DNA of 32,202 nucleotides from Candidatus Iainarchaeum sp. (GCA_017609945.1 JAFCCZ010000002.1:1-32202); one strand, 5' to 3'. Counted from the first letter of the stretch, positions 8,696-17,821 are shown. Notes: a model not told the origin generated them from the sequence alone. Translations and numbers: made by a program.

Positions 8696-9472
8696 ATGGC
8701 TACAAACATTGTTTTCTTGAAGAAACCAAGCTTTAAGAACGCTGTTCTTTTTACCGGGCTCCCGGGCATTGGCCTTGTTGGAAAAATCTCAGTGGATTAC
8801 CTGCTTAAGCAGTTTAAGGCAGAGAAGATTGCGCTTGTTTTCTCCGACAGCTTTCCGCCAAGCGTCCACACCAAGGCCGCGCTAATCAACCTTATCCACG
8901 ACGAACTTTACGCTTTTAGTTTTGAGGGCAAGCACTATATTTTCCTTGCAGGGCCTGTTCAGCCGTCGCTTGATTTTAGGGTTGGGTCCGCAATGGAGCA
9001 CTATGAGTTTGCTTCAAAGGTAGTTGAGGTTGCCAAAAAGATTGGCGTGAAGAAGGTCTTTACTCTTGCCGGAATAAATGTCGGCGGCAAGAGGCTCGAA
9101 AAGGAACCAGGAGTCATTGTGGCTGCTACAACCAAGGAGCTTGTGGAATGGTTTAAGGAAGTTGGCGCCAAGGCCGACAAGAAAGAGGGCCTCATTTCCG
9201 GCGCGGCCGGCCTTATTTTGGGGATTGCAAAGGAGAATGGTTTGGAGGGCGCCTGCCTTATGGGCGAAACAAACGCCGAATTGGTTTACGGGGACCACGG
9301 CGCCGCAAAAAAGCTTGTTGAGCTGCTTGTGAAAAGGTTTGGGTTCAAGGTTGACATGCGTGGAATTGAAAAGGAAAGCAAGGAAATAGAGTCCGCTTTC
9401 CAGCAGCTTGCGCAGCAGCTTGAGCAGATTGAGACTGATGATTCTGATGACAGCCCGTCTTACGTGCGCTAA
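8696..9472 (+). CDS. PAC2-family (proteasome assembly chaperone-like, COG1938) protein
   Basis: FTGLPGIGLVGKISVDYL N-terminal motif, 258 aa, acidic C-terminal tail. It commonly follows aIF2alpha/Nop10 in archaea. Confidence 0.65.
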   Translation: MATNIVFLKKPSFKNAVLFTGLPGIGLVGKISVDYLLKQFKAEKIALVFSDSFPPSVHTKAALINLIHDELYAFSFEGKHYIFLAGPVQPSLDFRVGSAMEHYEFASKVVEVAKKIGVKKVFTLAGINVGGKRLEKEPGVIVAATTKELVEWFKEVGAKADKKEGLISGAAGLILGIAKENGLEGACLMGETNAELVYGDHGAAKKLVELLVKRFGFKVDMRGIEKESKEIESAFQQLAQQLEQIETDDSDDSPSYVR

Positions 9473-10737
9473 AATTCCTTCAGGGTTTTTTGGCCCGCAC
9501 TGCTGTCCTGTTTCATCTCTTCCGCAATCTCTTTTCCCCTTTTCTCAAACTCTTCCCGGGAATCACAGATTACCGGCCTGCCGTAGTTTCCGCCGCCGCC
9601 CGGAATATAGTGGACCCAGCCTTTCCTGAACGCAATCACTTTGCCTGCAACCTCCTTGTTTACCGCCGCGAGCTCTTCCTCAGGGGCTTCAACCAAAATC
9701 CTTATTTCGTTTCCACACCTGTCAATGAATTCCCGCCAGAGGCCCTGGACCCTTACCGCGTTTATGTTCTTTACCTTTTTTGCGATCTGGATTATTTCGG
9801 CAAGCGGGACAGAGTGCATGTACTCCGGCCTGAATTCGGGGTGCTCAACCCTGCCGTCTGAAAGCATTTCAATCCTGTCCTTTACCCCTCTTTTGATTGA
9901 GCCCCTGCACTTTGGGCAGCGCCAGTTCAAATTCTTCGCTTCGCCGATTGAAAACTTTGCGTAACAGGAGTTGCAGGCGGTCAAGTGGTACTTGCCCTCG
10001 CGCGGGTCCAGTCCAACATTGAGCTTTATCCGCTTCCCATCTTTTTCCTCAATTGCCTTCCTCAGCTCCCTGAAATTTGGCTTGGCCATCTCAATGCGGG
10101 TAAACTCCCGCCCAATCCTATATGGCCACGGGCTGTGGGAATCGGAGCAGGTTAGAAACTGCAGCTTCCTGTTCTCGGGAATCATGTCGGCAAAGTCTGT
10201 GTCAGCGCTCAGCCCGAGCTCAATAAAGCTCACCTTTTCCCCCATTGCCCCGTACATTTCCCTAACCGAGTCAAAGTGTGCGTAAACTGAAAAGTAGGGG
10301 GTAAAAGCGTGCGCCGGTCCGATGATCCCTCCGGCGTCCATCACCTTTCCCGCAATTTCCTCAGGGCTAAGCCTTATCACCGGCCGGCCGCAGCCCCAGG
10401 AGTCAAACACAGCCTTTCCCTCCAGGCTTTTCTTCAGATTCTCCGCGGAGGCAAAGTCCGGCAAAAAAACCAGGTGGTGCACGCGCCTGTTGCACTGAAC
10501 CTCAACCTGTGGGATAAAATTAACCTGTTCCTTCCTGTCGGCAAAAACCCCGTTTTCAGTTTCAACAATGTTTTCCTTCAGGTGCTTGAACCAGGTTCCC
10601 TGCAGCAAGTCGGCTGTTCCGCAAACGTCAAGGCCCTTCAGCCTGCTTTGCTCCGCAATAATTGGAATAAGCATATTCTTGCTTACGCCGGCGCTGTAAG
10701 GGCCGTGAAAGTGCAGATCGCAGTTGAATTCAGCCAT
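9469..10737 (-). CDS. endoQ: endonuclease Q (EndoQ, TIGR00375 PHP-domain nuclease acting on deaminated bases)
   Basis: DLHFHGPYS, RVHHLVFLP, GPAHAFTPY, ELGLSADTD, SDSHSP, GLDPREGKYHLTAC and the Zn finger CPKCRGSIKRGV are collinear with Pyrococcus EndoQ. ATG at 10737 is preferred over GTG at 10746. The C-terminus is QKTLKEF. Confidence 0.8.
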   Translation of the reverse strand: MAEFNCDLHFHGPYSAGVSKNMLIPIIAEQSRLKGLDVCGTADLLQGTWFKHLKENIVETENGVFADRKEQVNFIPQVEVQCNRRVHHLVFLPDFASAENLKKSLEGKAVFDSWGCGRPVIRLSPEEIAGKVMDAGGIIGPAHAFTPYFSVYAHFDSVREMYGAMGEKVSFIELGLSADTDFADMIPENRKLQFLTCSDSHSPWPYRIGREFTRIEMAKPNFRELRKAIEEKDGKRIKLNVGLDPREGKYHLTACNSCYAKFSIGEAKNLNWRCPKCRGSIKRGVKDRIEMLSDGRVEHPEFRPEYMHSVPLAEIIQIAKKVKNINAVRVQGLWREFIDRCGNEIRILVEAPEEELAAVNKEVAGKVIAFRKGWVHYIPGGGGNYGRPVICDSREEFEKRGKEIAEEMKQDSSAGQKTLKEF

Positions 10738-10746
10738 TGAAAACAC

Positions 10747-11316
10747 CTAAAGTCCCATTTCTGTAATCTCTTTAATGTCAGCAAACCAGCCCTCAACCAT
10801 GGCAATGCTTCGCTTGTAACTCTTAATGTCCTCGTTAATGGATTTTTTCTCCCCCTTACCCGCGTATTTCCTGCGCTCTATGGCCTTCTTCAAGAGATCT
10901 ACAAGGTTTTGCTTTATGTTTGAGCAGAGGCCCCTTACGCGATCTGCTTGTTGAGTAAGGTCTTTGCCGGCACGTCTGAGTAGTATTAAGTTTGAAAATT
11001 CTTTTGCCTCTAGCGGAACCAATTCAATATTTCTTTGCTCAAGGGCAGCGGCTTGCTCAAACTTTGCCATCATGCCAACTGTGGCAGCGGTGGTTTCTCT
11101 GCGGATCTTGCGCAATTCGGCCGCAATTCTTGCCTCCCCAATCCCCTTGCCCCTAAGCCTTTGTGCGTGCCGGGCCAGGGCGGCATTTACGCCCCCGCCT
11201 ATTTCCCTTCTTACAAGCCTGAGCACTAGCCTGCGGGAGGACTTGTACAGTGTAGGCGTTTTCGGTGGCAGGCGCCTTCTTGGCCTCTTTGGCTTGCTGG
11301 TTGCGATCAGCATCAT
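10747..11316 (-). CDS. hypothetical protein with a strongly basic N-terminus, immediately upstream of endoQ with no gap (likely co-transcribed)
   Basis: The ATG-ATG at 11316/11313 follows an AT-rich divergent promoter. Its TAG directly abuts the endoQ 5' end. I recognise no family. Confidence 0.45.
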   Translation of the reverse strand: MMLIATSKPKRPRRRLPPKTPTLYKSSRRLVLRLVRREIGGGVNAALARHAQRLRGKGIGEARIAAELRKIRRETTAATVGMMAKFEQAAALEQRNIELVPLEAKEFSNLILLRRAGKDLTQQADRVRGLCSNIKQNLVDLLKKAIERRKYAGKGEKKSINEDIKSYKRSIAMVEGWFADIKEITEMGL

Positions 11317-11377
11317 TTTGTAACCAACTGCCCCTACCAATATACTTAATTAATCTTATTAAAGAAAATAATTTAAT

Positions 11378-12391
11378 ATGGCCGAATTGCACGAAGCCCT
11401 GTTCTACAAAACCCTTAAGGGAAAGGCTGTCCAGTGCGGTCTCTGCAGGCGGGCCTGCGCAATTCCCGAGAACGGGAAGGGCCAGTGCGGGGTTCGCAAG
11501 AACACCGGGGGAAAGCTTTACTCTCTTGTGTACGGAAAAACCCTCACCTCCTCAATTGACCCGATTGAAAAAAAGCCCCTTTTCCACTTTCGCCCTGGCA
11601 CGCAGTGCCTTGGGGTTTCCACCTACGGCTGCAATTTCTTCTGCAAGCACTGCCAGAACTGGGAAATAAGCCAGCAGCGCGCAGAGCAGGTAATTGAAAA
11701 AGTTCCATTCACCTCTCCTGAGGAAATCGTTAAGCAGGCGCTTGCTGCCGGAGTTGAGGGAATTGCCTACACTTACACCGAGCCCACTATCTTTGCGGAG
11801 TACGCGCTTGATACAATGAAGCTTGCGCGCGAGAAAGGGCTCTACAATGTCTGGGTCAGTAACGGCTATATGAGCAAAGAATGCATTGATGCAATCACGC
11901 CATTCCTTGATGCAATAAACATTGATTTGAAGGGAGACCCCCGCTTTTACAAGGAGGTCTGCGGAAACGTAAACATTGATTTCGTAAGGGAAAACATTTC
12001 CCTGTTCCACAAAAAGGGGGTTCACCTTGAGGTAACAAACCTTATTGTGCCAGGCTTCAACGATTCCGAAAAGGACTTCAAAGAGGTCTCAGAATTCATC
12101 AAATCAATTGACGAAACCATCCCCCTTCACTTCACCCGCTTCTCCCCGCTTTACAAAATGTCCCACCTTCCACCAACTGACATTGAAAAGCTTCACTCCG
12201 CAGAGCGGGTTGCAAAAGAGGCCGGCCTGAAATATGTTTACATTGGAAACGTGGCAGAGGAGGAGAGCACGCTCTGCCCGGAGTGCGGCTCTGTTTTGGT
12301 CAAAAGGGCAGGCTTTTCCGCAGAAGCCACAGGGTTCAAAAAGGGCGGAAAGTGCTCAAAATGCGGCTTTTCAACAGGAATTGTTTTATAG
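11378..12391 (+). CDS. amrS: AmmeMemoRadiSam-system radical SAM enzyme (PflA-like activase family)
   Basis: CNFFCKHCQNW (CxxxCxxC), N-terminal Cys cluster VQCGLCRRAC...GQCGVR and C-terminal zinc ribbon CPECG...CSKCG. 337 aa. Confidence 0.8.
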   Translation: MAELHEALFYKTLKGKAVQCGLCRRACAIPENGKGQCGVRKNTGGKLYSLVYGKTLTSSIDPIEKKPLFHFRPGTQCLGVSTYGCNFFCKHCQNWEISQQRAEQVIEKVPFTSPEEIVKQALAAGVEGIAYTYTEPTIFAEYALDTMKLAREKGLYNVWVSNGYMSKECIDAITPFLDAINIDLKGDPRFYKEVCGNVNIDFVRENISLFHKKGVHLEVTNLIVPGFNDSEKDFKEVSEFIKSIDETIPLHFTRFSPLYKMSHLPPTDIEKLHSAERVAKEAGLKYVYIGNVAEEESTLCPECGSVLVKRAGFSAEATGFKKGGKCSKCGFSTGIVL

Positions 12392-12411
12392 TTGAGGGGG
12401 GGAATTCTTTT

Positions 12412-12756
12412 ATGGCAAGGGCAAGAAAACCGATTTCAAAGAAGGCGATTGGAGTGTTAGCAGGCGCAGTAATAGGCATTGGGGCAAGCGGCCACTTTGC
12501 AACAGAGAGCGCGTACAGGTTGCAGATGTCAGAGGCTAAAAGAGAGCTTGCCTCCAAAACCAATGACCCTAAAAAGAAAAAGGCCCTTTTGAGAGATGCA
12601 AATAGATTGCAGAAAGGAGGGAGTGTGCATTCAAACCTTGCAATTGCTTCAGCTCCTGCTGGTGCAGGAATTGGCCTTGGAATCGGTGCATTGATGGACA
12701 GGAAGAAAAAAAGGCGCAAGGGCCCTCTGCGCAGAACTCAGGACAGGCCTAAATAA
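12412..12756 (+). CDS. small membrane protein with two glycine-zipper-like segments and basic termini
   Basis: ATG at 12412 lies 9 nt after GAGGGGGGG. GVLAGAVIGIGASG and APAGAGIGLGIGAL segments. No family recognised. Confidence 0.4.
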   Translation: MARARKPISKKAIGVLAGAVIGIGASGHFATESAYRLQMSEAKRELASKTNDPKKKKALLRDANRLQKGGSVHSNLAIASAPAGAGIGLGIGALMDRKKKRRKGPLRRTQDRPK

Positions 12757-13072
12757 CCCCGAAGAATTTCAGCACCAGCAGGACCCCAACCCCCGCCAGC
12801 CCAAAGATTACGCTTACCACAAGACTTGGAATTGTTAGAACTGGGTCAACCCCCACAAATACCATGAAGAGAATCCAGGCAACAAAGCCAAGAATGCTGT
12901 TTACCACTATTTTCTTAATAAAGTAGAATATCAGTATTGCGCCAATAATCAGGATAACCCCTGTTACAAGCAGGCTTGGGTCGCTTGCTATTGCCCTAAA
13001 CGCCTCCCCTCCAATCTCTGCCGTGCTTTCTCCGAGAGTGTTGAGTGCGTCAGGAGGCAATTCAAGAAACAT
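12749..13072 (-). CDS. small polytopic membrane protein (about 3 TM), unknown function
   Basis: 107 aa, hydrophobic. Its 3' end overlaps the previous gene convergently by 8 nt. Confidence 0.45.
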   Translation of the reverse strand: MFLELPPDALNTLGESTAEIGGEAFRAIASDPSLLVTGVILIIGAILIFYFIKKIVVNSILGFVAWILFMVFVGVDPVLTIPSLVVSVIFGLAGVGVLLVLKFFGVI

Positions 13073-13114
13073 TCGATATCAGTAGTGCCACAACAGGCTT
13101 TTAAATTCTTTTGG

Positions 13115-13128
13115 AATTCAATTGAATT
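13115..13128. promoter_or_regulatory. perfect 14-bp palindrome AATTCAATTGAATT between a TATA-like box (CTTTTAAATTC, 13098-13108) and ATG 13132; candidate operator
   Basis: The palindrome is read directly (15 of 16 positions if extended to GAATTCAATTGAATTA). Its position overlaps the expected transcription start of the wHTH gene. Confidence 0.4.
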
Positions 13129-13131
13129 ACG

Positions 13132-13767
13132 ATGAGCCGATTTAGCGAGGAGCAGAAGAGAATTGCAATTTTGCTTTTGCACGAGCCAAAGACTGCGGAA
13201 GAGTTAAACAAGCAGTTGGGGATTCCCTACACCAAGCTAATGGCTGAGCTGAAAAGCATGCTAAAGCTTGAGGTAATCACAAAAGAGGGCTACCCCACAA
13301 AGTACAGGCTAAAGGAGAATATTGCAAAAGAGGTCCAGAGACGGAAGGAAGTGGCTGAAGAGGACCTAAACGAGCTTAGATTGCGTGCTTTTGTTGAAAT
13401 GCAGGCAATTGAAGAGGATTTGCTCAAAAAGCAGTTGGGCAAGCTGAAGGAGGCCCTTGACAAGGAAAAGAACTTCACAATTTACTCTGTTGAGGAGGCA
13501 AAGCCAGTGAAGGACGATAAGTACTATTCTTCGTACCTTGACATAAATTTCTCGGTAAGGGACTTTCCCTCACTTGTAAGGTTTATGTTCTTTTACGGCC
13601 CAAGCTCAATTGAGGTAATAAAGCCGGCAAAAGTGGAGTTTTCCGCCCAGGACCTGCAGGACGGGCTTGTTGATTTGGCTGACATGGTCCAAAAGTATAC
13701 CAGTTATATAACAAAGATAATGAGCAAGGAAGACATTGAAAAGTTCCACCAGAACCTCTACAAGTAA
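13132..13767 (+). CDS. winged-helix DNA-binding protein with an uncharacterised C-terminal alpha/beta domain
   Basis: N-terminal ...KTAEELNKQLGIPYTKLMAELKSMLKLEVITKEGYPTKYRLKE looks like a wHTH. It is followed by a coiled-coil linker and a C-terminal domain I do not recognise. Confidence 0.5.
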   Translation: MSRFSEEQKRIAILLLHEPKTAEELNKQLGIPYTKLMAELKSMLKLEVITKEGYPTKYRLKENIAKEVQRRKEVAEEDLNELRLRAFVEMQAIEEDLLKKQLGKLKEALDKEKNFTIYSVEEAKPVKDDKYYSSYLDINFSVRDFPSLVRFMFFYGPSSIEVIKPAKVEFSAQDLQDGLVDLADMVQKYTSYITKIMSKEDIEKFHQNLYK

Positions 13768-13843
13768 ATAGTACAAAACTAGTTCGTCAATTGTTGATGT
13801 GATCTATTGCAAAAGACCAAAATTTTACCTTATCGGTCAAAAT

Positions 13844-13865
13844 AAGGCCTTTTAAGCCTTTTTTC
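13844..13865 (+). terminator. hairpin AAGGC-N7-GCCTT running into a T-run
   Basis: Read directly. It lies downstream of the wHTH gene and upstream of the S-layer promoter. Confidence 0.35.
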
Positions 13866-13876
13866 CCACCGAAAAG

Positions 13877-13886
13877 TATTTAAATA
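13877..13886 (+). promoter_or_regulatory. palindromic consensus TATA box TATTTAAATA with purine-rich BRE-like CGAAAAG upstream; S-layer gene promoter
   Basis: Read directly. It predicts a transcript start near 13910 and a 5' UTR of about 95 nt. Confidence 0.6.
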
Positions 13887-13913
13887 CCCTGTTGTTATAA
13901 GGTTACGGGTCTA

Positions 13914-13957
13914 GCTATGTGTGCCTTCAGTGATATAGTGTCACTTTAAGGCGTAGC
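13914..13957 (+). promoter_or_regulatory. extended stem-loop at the predicted 5' end of the S-layer mRNA
   Basis: Inner stem AGTGATA/TGTCACT (7 bp including one G-U, loop TAG; 13929-13945). It is flanked by CCTT/AAGG (13924-27 / 13948-51) and GCTA/TAGC (13914-17 / 13954-57). Confidence 0.35.
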
Positions 13958-14006
13958 CATATCTGGGCTTATTTTTCATGTGAAAAATTGTGAGGTGAAA
14001 CACTAC

Positions 14007-17000
14007 ATGAAAGGATTGAGTGTAAAGAAGCTAGCTGCTGTTGCACTTGGCGGAGCCTTAATTGGTTCAGCTTTGGCACCAGTAGTTTCAGCGGCAGTGA
14101 CAAGCAATGTCGATACACTACAGAAGTCGGATGTTGTTAGCGCAACAACCGGTGACCCAGTGGTTAACATTGCTGTCGGCTCAATGGGTGCAGCTCCTTC
14201 AGACTTTGTCTGGGCGGGCAATATTGCTGCAAAAGTTGCGCAGCTTGCAACCGTTGAGAGTAACGTTACAGTGACTGGCGGTGATGGCGGAACTCCTGAT
14301 CTTACTGGCGTAACAGTTGATGTTACAGTCGGCGGGGACGTGTCTTATGCTACAGAGAGCTCTAAGACGTATGAGGGGTCAAGCTATCCTTTGAAGTCAG
14401 ATCCAGGAGCGGGCAATGAGCTTGTTAAAGAGCTTAGCAGCGCCCAGCTTCCGTTTTTGACTAACGAAACGAGGACTTATCGATATGCAAGTGTCAGCTA
14501 TAGCATTGTTGTCAAGGAGAAAATCGGACTTAACGTCGACGCAAGAATGGACCTTATTGACAAGGATGTTGAGGACCTCATTGTCTATATGACAGGTGAG
14601 GGCGACTTCAACTATGTTCTTGATTTGGGCGATGGTATTCCGGTGTATAATACCTTGTCGGCTGCTACAGCGTTCACAGACGGCGATTCGGACAACATTC
14701 TTATTCCATTCCTTGGTGAGGAATTCACTGTGCAGTCAGTTGATTGTAACTCTACCACAGTGAAGCTGATTAAGGAATCCGACAAATCCACGTATTACGA
14801 AGGCGAGGAGTTTGTGGGTTTGGAAGGAAAGGGCAACTTCGACGGGGAAGAGCTCTCTGTTAAGGTTGACGCTGTGACCCAGGCTGGTGCCGCTACAACG
14901 ACCTATAACGTCAGGTATTTGCTGCTTGACAGCGAGGGCAACGAGATTGACAGGCAGAATCTTGGAACAGGAGTTTACCTGAACGACAGCTTTGTTGACA
15001 GTGAGGGCGAGTATGCGCTTGACACGGTTGTGTACATTTCAGATGTTGGCATTGAATCAACGACACAGACAGGTTATGTTACGGCAACTGTTGGAAAGAG
15101 CGTTGTGGACCTGAAGCACGGCGAGCAGTATCCATACGACAGCACTGATACGACATCATCCAACGACTATTGGAAGGCCAGTTTGACCATGAGCGGGTCG
15201 GATACCAATCCGGCTACAAGGACAATGACGAATATAACGATCAAGAACGCGGTTACGAAGTGGAATTCGGTTAACCAGCTTCTTCCTGCAACTGGTTCGT
15301 TGACAGACCCTGACGCCACCGGAGAGGCTTTGTTCCTTCAAGGAAACGACGACGGTGACTTGGGCTATAACTTTGTCAAGTTCAAGTTTGACGGACTGAA
15401 GATTGACCAGTCAACTACAACGATCAAGATTGGAAAGGGCGCTTGTGAGACCTCTGAGGGCCAGGAAGCAGGCTGTGTAATTTACACAGACAACTCTGGT
15501 GTTGAGAGGGAAGTGCCGTTCTACATCAAGCTCGAGCTGACCACAGGACCAAGCGACGAAGGAACGTTCATGATTGACAACCAAACGTTCTACTTCAGAT
15601 GCGACACAACAGACACAAACATGAGCTTCGTTGACGGAGAGTACCTCAATGGTTCAACGTTTGACACAAACTACAGTACAGCCGCAGAATTTGCGGTCAT
15701 AACTGACTGGAATACTGCAGGTTGGGACTTGAACGGTGACTCCCCCTGCGTAGAGGCCGGCGGTACTTGTTCAGCAGATATCAACGGTTTGTTCGTTGAC
15801 CTGAACATGGACTATACAATAGGAATCGCTAACGTTGCAGTGGGGGTTGACGGAAACTGCCAGTTTGCGTACGAGAGTTTCAACAACTACACAGAGGGAG
15901 ACGGCACAATCCTGAAGGCAAACGGCCAGACTCCTAAATACGAAACAATGTTCTACGACGACGACAACACAAACATCGACAAAGCCTGGGGTTTCGCGCC
16001 ATTGGAGATAACAAATGATTCTCTTGAGGACACATACATGTACACAATGTTTGTGAACGACGAGACATCATACAAGGACGTATATCTCCTGTTGCACGGA
16101 TCCACTGACTTCAGCAACGAGTTTTCAACGGTAGACGTTGACTTCAACGGAACAAACTACAGCACCGGAACAATATATGTTCAGAGTTCCGGAGGCCCGT
16201 ACTGGGGACACACCACTACAGCAGAGACAGGCTATAGGGTTGATGTGGATTCGAACTTCTACGTTCCAGACCACACGGCTTTGGGTTTCGACCCGACAGA
16301 CACTACGTATTTCGTGGCTACGTTTGGCATCGACACAAACAACACAGGATTCGACGTATACGCATACATTGGCACAGAGGACAACGAGCTGATCACTTTG
16401 CCGAATTCGGACATGACAGGCTACCCGACCCAGGTGGATATTAACCGCTTGACCGGTTGGAATTTGAGGTCTGACAGCCCGGAGAATCAGTCGGCTGCGA
16501 CTTGGCTGGACTACGGCACCAAGGTAGAGATTATTACTACCGATGCTGGTGAGGACTATGCCAAGTTTACTATCCCAGAGTCACAGATCTACCTGCAGTT
16601 TGCTGTTCTCGGTAAAGGCACCGTAACGACAGCGGCCGGTGGAACCGCTTTCACAGGGCTTGCCGAGGGCGAGTCAGGTGAAGAGGGATCCACCAAGGTA
16701 ACAGTAGACGCGATCGCAGGCGGCGTTTGCCCGGCAGCGGGCGGCGCAGTTGCAGATCCAGCAGTGGTACAGGAAATTGTCCCAGTAGGTCAATTGGTAT
16801 TCCTCGATACACCCGAACCAGCAGGCGCTCACATTATTGTGGGTGGTTGGTTAGTCAACAAGCTGGTTTCATCTTCTACCTCTCTTGGTGAGGGCGAAGG
16901 CACGCTAGGCGAGGCATTGACCACTAGTGGAGACAGAGTTGTACAGTTGCTCGGTAACGGCGACATTATTGTTGCTGGTTACGCTGCTGCTGACACAAAG

Positions 17001-17045
17001 CTGGCTGCAAACGACCTGATTGACGCACTCGACGCGTTGAGCTAA
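14007..17045 (+). CDS. S-layer (surface layer) glycoprotein, 1012 aa
   Basis: GAGGTGA lies 8 nt before ATG 14007. Signal peptide MKGLSVKKLAAVALGGALIGSALAPVVSAA. Acidic, T/S/N/D-rich, with many N-x-S/T sequons. The C-terminal IIVGGWLVNKL motif is typical of archaeal S-layer C-terminal domains. Strong promoter and terminator. Confidence 0.8.
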   Translation: MKGLSVKKLAAVALGGALIGSALAPVVSAAVTSNVDTLQKSDVVSATTGDPVVNIAVGSMGAAPSDFVWAGNIAAKVAQLATVESNVTVTGGDGGTPDLTGVTVDVTVGGDVSYATESSKTYEGSSYPLKSDPGAGNELVKELSSAQLPFLTNETRTYRYASVSYSIVVKEKIGLNVDARMDLIDKDVEDLIVYMTGEGDFNYVLDLGDGIPVYNTLSAATAFTDGDSDNILIPFLGEEFTVQSVDCNSTTVKLIKESDKSTYYEGEEFVGLEGKGNFDGEELSVKVDAVTQAGAATTTYNVRYLLLDSEGNEIDRQNLGTGVYLNDSFVDSEGEYALDTVVYISDVGIESTTQTGYVTATVGKSVVDLKHGEQYPYDSTDTTSSNDYWKASLTMSGSDTNPATRTMTNITIKNAVTKWNSVNQLLPATGSLTDPDATGEALFLQGNDDGDLGYNFVKFKFDGLKIDQSTTTIKIGKGACETSEGQEAGCVIYTDNSGVEREVPFYIKLELTTGPSDEGTFMIDNQTFYFRCDTTDTNMSFVDGEYLNGSTFDTNYSTAAEFAVITDWNTAGWDLNGDSPCVEAGGTCSADINGLFVDLNMDYTIGIANVAVGVDGNCQFAYESFNNYTEGDGTILKANGQTPKYETMFYDDDNTNIDKAWGFAPLEITNDSLEDTYMYTMFVNDETSYKDVYLLLHGSTDFSNEFSTVDVDFNGTNYSTGTIYVQSSGGPYWGHTTTAETGYRVDVDSNFYVPDHTALGFDPTDTTYFVATFGIDTNNTGFDVYAYIGTEDNELITLPNSDMTGYPTQVDINRLTGWNLRSDSPENQSAATWLDYGTKVEIITTDAGEDYAKFTIPESQIYLQFAVLGKGTVTTAAGGTAFTGLAEGESGEEGSTKVTVDAIAGGVCPAAGGAVADPAVVQEIVPVGQLVFLDTPEPAGAHIIVGGWLVNKLVSSSTSLGEGEGTLGEALTTSGDRVVQLLGNGDIIVAGYAAADTKLAANDLIDALDALS

Positions 17046-17059
17046 GTCTGTTGAAAAAC

Positions 17060-17104
17060 GGTTGGTTTCAAAACCAACCTTTTTTCCTTCTTTTTTCTTT
17101 TTTT
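17060..17104 (+). terminator. hairpin GGTTGGTT-TCAA-AACCAACC followed by several oligo-T tracts
   Basis: Read directly, starting 15 nt after the S-layer stop. Confidence 0.65.
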
Positions 17105-17203
17105 AACGTTTTTTCCGGGAGAACAGAATGCCGTTATGTATAAGTTCTCCTTTTCCCTAATCTTTTGAATCCTTTTTTATTAGTTTTGCATTACCTCTAA
17201 GTT

Positions 17204-17821
17204 ATGGCTTTTAACTTGAGGAAAACCGTTGTCTACGCCATCTTGGTTGTGCTTATCATAATCTTTGTTGCAGCAATTTTGGCGGGGCCCCGGGAAGATT
17301 TTCATTCAGTAAGGTCTGAAGGAGTTCTATTTAGGTCAGGCATTGCGTCTCCCTTGGAGCTCATTCCAGGGATTGCCGGTGAAAGCGAGTTTATTGTAAG
17401 CTCAGGAATTTACGAGGCAGGAAATGCGGCCAACCCCTTTATGCTGAACGCTTCAAATCTTTTTGTGGTTGTTCTTGTTGGGAACGGAAGGCAGGTTACC
17501 CAGGTGTTCAGGGTTGCGGATTCGCAGGGCCTTACCCTCTACTGCCTTACAAATTACGGCGATTTCAAAACAGAGGAAAGGGTTGAGGCAGAGCAGTGCA
17601 GTGAAATGCTTGAGGCGGGGGAAAAGCCGGTTATTTTGGTTGAGTTTCCGGATTCCGCGCTGGCAGAGCCAACTGTGGAAGTTTCAGACAAAAGGATAGT
17701 CGTGAAGAGCAACAGCATTGACGCCTTGAACAACACAAGCTTTACAGTGTTAAGGGCAATGTTCAGCAACGCAGAGGAAGTGCTTGCCAAGAGCAACGAG
17801 CTTACAGGAATGCTTCGCTGA
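17204..17821 (+). CDS. N-terminally membrane-anchored extracellular protein, unknown function
   Basis: 205 aa with a single N-terminal TM (VVYAILVVLIIIFVAAILAG). No family recognised. It sits between the S-layer gene and the flippase-like gene. Confidence 0.5.
   Translation: MAFNLRKTVVYAILVVLIIIFVAAILAGPREDFHSVRSEGVLFRSGIASPLELIPGIAGESEFIVSSGIYEAGNAANPFMLNASNLFVVVLVGNGRQVTQVFRVADSQGLTLYCLTNYGDFKTEERVEAEQCSEMLEAGEKPVILVEFPDSALAEPTVEVSDKRIVVKSNSIDALNNTSFTVLRAMFSNAEEVLAKSNELTGMLR

Noticed and set aside
9436-9455. Two TGATGA motifs resembling C boxes of a C/D sRNA
   Set aside because: They encode the acidic ETDDSDDS tail of the PAC2 protein. There is no properly spaced D box (CTGA) or terminal stem.
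12283-12411. Upstream extension of the 12412-12756 ORF overlapping the amrS 3' end
   Set aside because: The extension lies in an alternative frame of the amrS zinc-ribbon region. The G-rich SD at 12394-12402 points to ATG 12412.
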